From Vicugna vicugna (Eukaryota), in the NCBI GenBank assembly GCA_013265495.1, contig MU057521.1:1128335-1192334 (forward strand): a stretch of 64,000 bases of DNA, read 5' to 3'. The position numbers and the translations under genes are program-made. Below the pieces are notes generated by a model. It did no database searches, had not been told where the DNA came from, and worked only from the letters and a program-made list of their open reading frames with translations. Positions 54,780-64,000 of the stretch are shown here, piece after piece; the first letter of the stretch is position 1; each line of letters starts with the position of its first letter.

Positions 54780-56959
54780 ATCACTTATCTTCTCTCTACT
54801 TGGTTTCAGCACCTTCTAAAGAGAAAAGATGGAGACTCGCAGGAAGTACACCTTTTAAGCAATGTTCCTAATTTGGGTGGGGTCACAGACATCTTTCAGA
54901 ATCTGAAACTCTCTCTAGAAAATAAACATAATCCAAATCTTACATATAATTTCAGAAAATTCATGAACCCCAGAAGCTCATCTACAAACCCTCTAGAGTG
55001 GTACAGAGCCCCTGGTTCAGTATCTGAGCCTACCCCAAGGGATCTCAGATTTTTCAACTCATGGGAAGCCAAACACTCAGTCAAACTGTAGTAAAAAGTC
55101 ACCACCCCTGGACTCACTGGGGTTTGGAGGGGAAGGTACCAGGAACCAGGAACACATGACAGAAAAACAAGTTATTTCAAAACATTTGCCGTGATCCAGT
55201 TCTCTGTCCATCAGACACCACACATTTTAGAACATCGTCCTAGAAGTCTGAAAAATGGAATCACTGGGCCAGAGAGCACAGGCATTCTTTGAAGATAAAT
55301 TTTCCAGTTTCATACAACCCTTCTCGTTGAGCTCCCTCTCCTTGCTCTGATCCACTTTGATTCCTAAAATACTGATTTCATCTTCTAATGTACTTTAAAT
55401 TGATATGGGTATCTTATTGTCTACTTCATTAATTCTAAACTACCCGGACTGCTGACAGCTCTCTCCTCCTATTCTACTTAATTTCCCACTTATCCCAAAT
55501 ATATACCCTCAGCTATAAAATAGTTAAACTCTTCATTCTTCACTGATCTTGCATTCTCATCTGAGTTATTGTTCATAAAGATCCTCCCCTCTCTGCTATC
55601 CAAAATCAAATCTTCATCATCCTTTATGGTCCACTCCAAATCTCACATCACACCATTAGCACTTTAGTGTGGTCTAATGATCAATTTATTTCTCTTCAAT
55701 TAAGTTTTAACCTCCATGTGGGCCATTAATTATTTCCATTAATATCAATAATACTTAGCAAGGTATAAAGCACATAAAATGAACTGATAAATCTTAACTG
55801 ATTAAAATGCTATCAAAATATTACAAAACCAAAAAAGGAAGAAAAATAAAAGAATATACATTGTCATTCTTAAAGTACCTTACAATTTGCTATACTAAAT
55901 AAAAAGATGAAAAAAGTTTTGTCCAGACTAAATTACTTAAGCTAATTTGTGTTCTCAAGTGAAGACTTAAAAAAAAATGAGAGAAGAAACATTTTTAAAG
56001 AGAAATATTTGTTAATTACATTACAAGTTATATATGAAATATTATGTTATATATAGAGTACTTAGGCAAGGAAACCAGGATCAGTGTAATTCATATTTTT
56101 CTAAGTGAACTGTTTTAAACCTTGGGACATACCAAAGTTTCAAAATATGTCTGAAATTCATCAAAATGTTCCGTACAAATCTCACTATAGCATTATGACA
56201 TTAAAGATTCATAAACTTGTTCCCTATGCATTTTTTGTTAGCTTTCCATAAGTTATGAAGGGGTGCAAAATAAGTCTTAGTATCACATATTTAAAACAAA
56301 GAAGTTTTATGAGAAATGAAAAGTCGAGAATATAAGGTGCAGTATTTTAAGATCTATGTAAAAAAGACAAAATAAATAACAACAACAAAACAAGGGGGGT
56401 TGGCAAAGGAATAATCACAGGAATACCACATATACACTAAAATGAGTAAAGGGGATCTGCATGTGTCAACACGGATCATAAATCTTGAAAATCAGACTGA
56501 ATGGAAAAAAAGAGAATTATTTTTTAAACTTGGTAAATTTTAAAAATAGGGCTTCAAGTATGTGACACCATTTTATTTCTTAAGAAGAAAAGAGGATCTA
56601 AAGAAATATCGTAAAATGTTAACGTTTCTTAAACCTGGACTATAGGTACAAGGGTTTTTGTTATAGTCTCTATTATTTTCAGCATGCTTGAAGAATTCTG
56701 TAATTAAAATTTAAAATATATTAGCAAAAGGGATATATACATACACATACATCTGTACACTTGATATAAATAGATGCGTAAGAAGCTGCAACTTTGCCTC
56801 CAGGAAAAGACTGTTAAGACTGGAACACAGGCACGGGAACTTTTTATTATCATTTGTGAGATTTGTTTTGTGACTATGTATTATTTTTTCAGTCACATTT
56901 TACTAACTAGGTTTTTCTTAATTTTAGTAAAATAATTAAAACATTAAAATTTAACCATA

Positions 56960-57665
56960 GTTTCTGGCTATGATGGAGAAGCTTGGGCACAGCAATGCTC
57001 CCACCAGGAACAATCAGAAAGCTTGATAAAGCAAAATTAAAAATAAACTTTAAGGTACTGGAGAGCTGCTGAGAATTCAAGAATTGAAGGGCTTAGACCC
57101 TAGAGAGAAGGAAACCACAGAGAAGTAATCCAGGATTCTACAAACTGTAACCCTTTGGGCACCCCTACACAAGGGAGAAGGCTGAGAATCTGGGCATCTG
57201 TCATGATATGCAGTCATTTCAAAACTACCAGACTCAGCAATGGGACCAACTGAAAAGGACAGCAGAAACAAACTCACAAACAATATGGTTACTGATGGCA
57301 TCAGGTATAGACTTTAAAGTACTTGAGGTTAATATAGTCAATAACAAAGAATAAGACAAATTTTGGCAAATAACTGGGATCTACTTTTTAAGTAAACTGA
57401 AATGGAAATCCTAGAATTGAGAAAAAAAAAGGGGGCAATATCTGAGATTAAGAACTCAACAGAAGCAAACTACACAAAGCAGATGAGAGATCTGGTGTGC
57501 CAGAAGATAGGTCAGTGGAAAATATTTTCCCTGAACCTTGAAGAGCAGCCAGAAAAGACCATTAAAAAAGCCAACCAAATATGTCATTGTGAACAGGAGT
57601 ATGTATATATGTAACTGGCATCTCAGAGAGGGAGGAGAGACAGAATTTGGCAGAATATTTGATGA
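56960..57665 (+). mobile_element. Old L1 5'/ORF1 fragments
   Basis: ORF 57402..57614 MEILELRKK...ISEIKNS resembles the L1 ORF1 coiled coil. Confidence 0.6.
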
Positions 57666-58770
57666 TAGTGGCAACACAACCTTTCTATACAGTAATTTGT
57701 ATGAAAAGCTTTCCTTTATTGACTCAATCTTTTATATTGAAAATATCAAGTTTTAAAAGAATCTGTTATCTTAGCTAAAAAGCAAAGAGAAATAAATATT
57801 AACTGTGTACACTTCTTTGTCGTGACTGCTATTGTGCCATCTGTTTTCCAGTTATTTGAACACTGTAGACTAACCTAAATCATGTTTTAGGATTATCAAG
57901 AATTTCATAATCAATTATTCAGGGTGAGCTAGTGTTTGGAGGGTGAAATGGCCTTCAAATGCTGCCATTTGAAGTATTACATCTTCTTCACTCAGATTTT
58001 TATCACAAAGTTATTTCACTTATATTTACACATGACATTTTAGAGATACCTAATGGTAGCTACTCCATGCCTTTTTAGAATGTCTATTTAAAGAAAAAAA
58101 TATATTAAGAAGACAAAGACAGAAAAAGCAAGATAAAAAATTATTTCTAGAATAATTTGTATTTCTTTAGACTGACCAATGATGTAGAATCATATATCAT
58201 CTTTCATGTCATAATAGAGTAAATGAACATTTTCCTATGTAGGTATGTGATGTATGAAAGTTCTTTTTTTTAAAAGAAGAATTTCAGGTTTGAAGCAGAA
58301 GGTTACATTTTTAGTAAACAATAAATCAGATAGGTGAAGTGGTAGAAAGATTCACATTAAAACCAATATTGAAATTTGGGCTAAGGGAGGAATTTTACTC
58401 CATATCAGACTAAAAGAAATAAATATATTAAAGAGAACCAAAGTATCTCTTATCACTTTAGTAGAAAATACATTAAAACATTTTGTTAAAATTTATTTAA
58501 GTTCCCTTAATTTATATAGTGATTTTTAAATAAAATATAACAGATGTTTTGGCTTCTATTGGCAAGGTATAATAGCTCCTTCCCATTCATTTGTTTGTAA
58601 AGTATCTCTTAAGAGACTTATTCTTTTTTCATTTAATGTAAGTTTTTTCTTTTAATGTTTTTCTTATCTTACTGTGGCCTCTATAGTACATAGTTTTCAA
58701 ATTCAAAGTGTTTTTCCTCCTAGAAGGTACTTTCACACGTAGCCGAGCTTTTATGCCTCTTCTAGTCGTG

Positions 58771-58789
58771 TAGCGCCACCTGCTGGTCA
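58771..58789 (-). promoter_or_regulatory. CTCF binding motif
   Basis: Minus strand TGACCAGCAGGTGGCGCTA, a close match to the CTCF core consensus. Confidence 0.75.
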
Positions 58790-59589
58790 TTCCTTAGCAT
58801 AGCATCAAGGTCCATCAGACTGAATTTTAGCTTTGAGGGTTTTTTGAGCAATTCTATTCGTCATAATGAATATTTCATGATTTATATTCTTTCTTAGAGG
58901 GCTCTAAAATATCAAAGATAAAATTTACTTTTTTTAAAGAATAGGATAAAATAGGAAATTCCGTTACCATATGAATCTACTGGACCCTTTTACTAGTCTA
59001 AGATAAGATCTTAGTAATCTTGTTTTTCCTTTGTCTTGATACATTTGCTATTTCATCACCTTAGGAACTATTATATTATTCATCAATTATTCATGCTAGA
59101 AAAGACTAAGACAATGGAAGAATGGTTAAGAGATACCATTAAACTAAAATCTAGTGATGCTGGTGAAATTGATCATGTATACAAGTAAAATCTCAAGACT
59201 GAATTTTCAGCTGTCAATATCTTAGATAAATTTTCTGCGACTTAATTGATTAGTGAATATATTTCTAAGAAGAAAAAGGAAATAGTCTTTATTCAAGAGA
59301 GAAGGACTTCGTTGAACAATTCCTTGTAACAAGAATCTGAGCTGTTTTGCAAAAAGGATGTGTGACGACAGTATTCTTCCATCTTTTATGATGTTTATGT
59401 GCCAATAATTACTTGACACAGTTTCTAAGTGAACAATGCTGATATTAAGTGTATATATAAAGGTAACTGGAAGGAAAGAGATGATGCAGAAATGGAAACT
59501 CACTCACTGGCTTAGAGAAAAAAAAAAGAGTCCATTGTACTCGGATGATAAATAATGACAACTGTGCTTCCTGGTACACTGAACATATG

Positions 59590-59850
59590 TCATAGGGAAA
59601 GCAGGATACTACTCATAATAGAAATAAAATATCCAGGAATAAAATAATGAGAAACACATATTGTGGGGGGAAATGATAAAATTTTGCTTAGGGACGTAAC
59701 AGAAGATATAAATAAAAGTTGGATAATGATGTTCAGTACAGTAAAAATCTCAATTCTCTCCAAATTGCTTCCTAAATATAGTGTAATAACCAAATAATTT
59801 TTTTTATATAACTCAAGGGGATAACTCTAAAATTTATAGCGAAGGATAAA
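59590..59850 (+). mobile_element. Old L1 ORF2 fragment
   Basis: aaataaaatatccaggaataaaa...caattctctccaaattg...ctctaaaatttata. Confidence 0.55.
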
Positions 59851-59919
59851 TTTTTTTATCTGTGCCCATAACTTTTATGATTTTATGATCCATGCCAATG
59901 ATTAAGATACCTATTTTTC

Positions 59920-61100
59920 ATTTCCTTTTTAACATATGTTTTATCAAACCAATTTATACATATAAATTTTTTTAAAAACCGAAACAGTACAGAGGGCATA
60001 ATGACAACCAATGCATCTCCGTCCTACCCTTCTCAGCCCAGTTCCCCGACCCAGAGATAAAAACTTTTACATGTGTCTGATTTTAGTTATTCTGGTAGTT
60101 GCCTTCATTTTTATTAATAATATGCTTTTATTACTATTTCTTGACTTGATGACCTGAGGCACCTGCTGTTGACTCCGCGCTGAGCCTGCTCCTGCTGTCT
60201 CCTACCTCAGCATGGTTTATTACTATCTTCACCTCCTCTGTTGGTTATGTTGGTTACTATTAATCTAACACCTAAACCTCTGTCTTACTCTCTCCACTGT
60301 AGCTGGAATCTCCACATCCTATTTTATGAGGAAAACAGCACCACTAATATTCCATTTATATTTCTTTCCCCCTCTGCCTCCCAACCTGTAGCCTTATACA
60401 TTCTCAAGGTTGGTAACATTTGCATTCTATCCTATAATCATTATTAAGTCCTCCTTGCTTTGCCTAACATTTGACTCTAAAAGCTGAAAACCAATGTTTA
60501 CATTATTATGATTATACTTAAATGCTGTTCATTGAGTAGCAACGTTTTAAGCAACAATTAAATTTCCTCATCTATTTCATTGAAGCCTTGATCTACATGC
60601 TAATGTTCAAGTGAATTTCCTTTCTTATACATCCAACAATTGTTCAGAATCATGTCACATCTTAGGTTGCTTCATACTTGAAGCATGCCTTCTTGTACAG
60701 TTTGAAATGACTCCTTTCCCCTGAAGTGTCCAATACACGGGCAATGAAGAAATGTATGCCTTCCAGTGTTACCTCCAGATTCTTACTAAATCCATATATT
60801 ACTTAAAATTCTCTTCATTTCATTTGAGGTTGACTTCCTATCCTAATTTGGGGGATTTGCCTCCCATTTGGATCATTTCTGTACAATTTATCATTCTGTA
60901 AATTTTTAGTTGCATTTCCCATTTTAAAAAAATGCATTCTGTACTCTCTCATTTTATAAAGTTTGTGCTGCTTTTTGTTTTATGAGTACAATATTCTCAG
61001 ACATTTCTGACGATTTTAGTATTTTTAAGCTCTTTTCTGTTCCTTCAATGATCTATTTCCTCATCAGTCAATCTTGGTTTTATCTTAGGCTTTTTTGGTC
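59920..61100 (-). mobile_element. Old L1 (L1ME-like) fragments
   Basis: T-rich degenerate L1-like 3' end: aaacagtacagagggcataatg...cccagttcccc...ccagagataa. Confidence 0.4.
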
Positions 61101-62632
61101 ATACTGCAGGCTTTTGGCAAATGGTGATTTTTCAGCCAGACAGTCTGAGGTAGGGTGGGTGAGCCAGTGGGTGGGAATCAATCATTCTGTTGGGCCCCCA
61201 GGTGACATGGAGCTAGCAGTGGTTCTGCAGTTAGATGTTGAACATGAAAGCAGAAGTTCATGGTCAGCCCCTAGGCCAAGGGGACGAAGGTGGGCAGTGT
61301 GCACACAAACCCCCTGCAGAAGAGTGTTTCCATGATCATTCTTTCTAAAGTAGCTGAACTAAAGTAACCCTTGGTTACTTTTAATGTCCTGTGTATTTTC
61401 CTCAAGCCAAGAATTGATAATATATTTCTCGTTCATTTATTTATTTATTTTGTTGCAGTTTGATTGTACCGCTACATTATAAACAAACAGATACATATGA
61501 TATCTAAATGATATAATATGGTGCAAATTCCAATTGATAAAAGACTTGCCTTATAGTCTTTATATATATATTAGGGACACTCCTCAAAGATAAATTCTAC
61601 CTTTGACATATATAATTAATTTCATATGATCATAACTTGAAAAATACTAATTTTGCTTTGTTTTTGCTCTCCTATACACACACACACACACAAACACAGA
61701 CAGGCATACAATCACATGATTCAGAGGGCAACAGTTTCCAGTTTATGAATACCACACGACTGCTACATAAGTTGTCAAAAATAATTCCAGTGAAGTCATT
61801 CACTCACATCCCTACCAACCAGATTTCAAACAATTTCTATTTATTTTGGTCAAGAGCAAAACCCTCCCTAATTAAATGTGAATCCCTGCTAATTGCAAAT
61901 GAAGTCCAAGGAGACTGAGTAAAGCCACCTAAGTCAGTGGTGCAGAGCCAGGTTTGGGACTGAAATCTACACATTTCCAGTTCAAGGAAAATACATCTTT
62001 CTGGGATTTGGAATGACAAAATCTGCTGCCCACCAAAATCTGCTCTCTTCTTTGCCCAAGAAGTTGCCAGTATTTCCCAGAATTGTATCACTAGCCGTTT
62101 CCTGCCACTTTCTACATTTTTCCTGGAGCCTCCTAAATGTGTAACAGTTTCTGCCACCATCTTTACGCTGATGGCTCTAAAATCTTCATAACCAACTCTC
62201 ATCTCCATCTTGATATCCAAGTCTCTCTTCCTAACTAATTAACTGGTATCTTCAAATGTAAGTTGAACTCAGTAACATTCATCCTTGCCTCATATAGTAG
62301 CCCTTCATTCTTCTATAAGCCATAATGGCACGAACATCTTCCCAATCAACCGCCAAGGATCCCTACACCTTCCCTGTCAAGTCCTAAACATTTCCTATCC
62401 TAAATGTTTCCCGTATCTCTCTGCTTCCCTGTATTTCCTCAACCATCCATTCAAAGGTATGCAGCATCTGGTTCATTATTTATAAAATAATAGAAGAGGC
62501 TTTCATTTGGGAAACTGCTCTAAGGTATACAATAAAGAAAAAGTTTCTAAGTAACTAATCTATCATGTCAAGTGTTCAAATTAATTAAATACAAACTCCT
62601 ACAAATTAATTAAAAAAAAATAAGAGACTTAC

Positions 62633-62688
62633 TTAAATGGTGTAAACAAAAATGGTAAAGTGGCTTCTTTTTTCTGAGTCATTTTCAC
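62633..62688 (-). CDS. PIGN: PIGN coding exon (~14): VKMTQKKEATLPFLFTPF(K)
   Basis: cccag|GTG...TTTAA|gtaagt; 56 nt. Confidence 0.96.
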
Positions 62689-63385
62689 CTGGGAACCAAG
62701 TATGAAAATATTTTACATTATAAATGAGAAAAAAATTAACTAATTTCATTTTGAAATATAAACATCCATGAAAATGGTTCTTCTGGGATAGTTAACTACT
62801 TTGAAAATAAACGGGATATTGTGTTACTACTATATTATTTCATAAATATTTAAAGAAAAATTGAACATTATCATACCATCATTATAAGCTGATTATCAAG
62901 CACACCAAGCCTGCAAAATGACATACTCGAATGTAATTAAACTATACTTTTTTAACTCTTAAGAAACGAAATAAGTCAAGCTGCATTAACACTATTAAGA
63001 ATAACAGAAAGTTTCAGTTAAATGGTCACTTCTTTAAGTTCTTAACACATATCATAATGTATATAGAATGACAAGAAATATTGCAACCTCTGATACTACT
63101 TCTATGGGGCAAACTCCACTGATAAAGACTTGTTTGAGGTTTTATAAGCATATGTGGTAGGCTAACAACTAGGGACTCTCCTCAAAGGTAATTCTCCACC
63201 CTCAGACTGATTCATGGAACCTGTACCTCAGACGTGTGAAACTTCACGACACTAGTCAAATACACAAAATTTAAAGATAATAAATTATAGAAAATCATTT
63301 TTAAAACACAAAATCAAATATTTTCACTTAATATAGTCAATTTAAAAACTAGCAGCATCCACTTCTGTGTGTGGTTTTGTTTTAC

Positions 63386-63478
63386 CTTAAACTGTTCAAG
63401 AATCTGTACTGCATTGGTAAACATGCTCTCTGCCTTGAAGAGATCAGTGCTGTTTAATATATCCACAGGAAGGATTCC
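63386..63478 (-). CDS. PIGN: PIGN coding exon (~exon 13): [31 protein letters not shown]
   Basis: tttacag|GGA...AAG|gtaaaa; 93 nt. Confidence 0.96.
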
Positions 63479-64000
63479 CTGTAAATAATAAAGACTGGGT
63501 TAATATTAGTACCAACAAAGTTCGGGCTATCCTTATACAACAAAACAGACTTATAAAGGAAGCAACAGAGAAAAGACATAATGGACGAATAAATTCCGGG
63601 AATAATTAAACAAAAAATCTTTTTAAAAATCATAACTGAAATACATGTTCTGTTATTTTTCTCATGAAGCAGATATAATAAAGTAAATAAAGCAAAAGAG
63701 ATGAATTAAGTTCAACAAAACCTGACATTTGTTGAAAGATTACTGTATGGTAGGCAATGAACTAAAAGCTCTTGCACACACAAAAAGGTACTAAGGTGGG
63801 CCACAGCCTTTAAAATTAGGAAAAAAAGGATATAATAAGCAAAATGGGAGTATAAATGCCTAGTAAGAGTAAGCACTGTTTTGTGAAACTTTTGTTTCAG
63901 TTATACACATATACACACATACTTAAGACTACAGGGGTCATATTACTCAGAGTTCTGAGGTTGATGACATTATTTTTTTCCTATTTATTTCCTTTTTTTA

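Overview
AT-rich, CpG-poor mammalian genomic DNA, most likely from a camelid (four tRNA-derived SINEs match what I recall of Vic-1). The window holds the 3' part of PIGN (GPI ethanolamine-phosphate transferase 1) on the minus strand. I located 19 coding exons from 63478 down to the TGA stop at 5198-5200. They splice through GT-AG junctions into one open frame of 1773 nt (590 aa plus stop), about G342 to the C-terminus of the 931-aa human protein as recalled (exons 13-31 in human numbering). One intron (27957-29053) is a U12-type minor-spliceosome intron. The rest is intron, 3'UTR and downstream DNA rich in L1, L2, MIR, LTR and DNA-transposon relics and microsatellites. Repeat subfamily names and boundaries are approximate, assigned by eye from recalled consensus sequences. 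I found no convincing new biological system. The most notable items are the U12 intron, a near-consensus CTCF site, and a ~1.9 kb island between L1 pieces carrying antisense exon-like segments (speculative).
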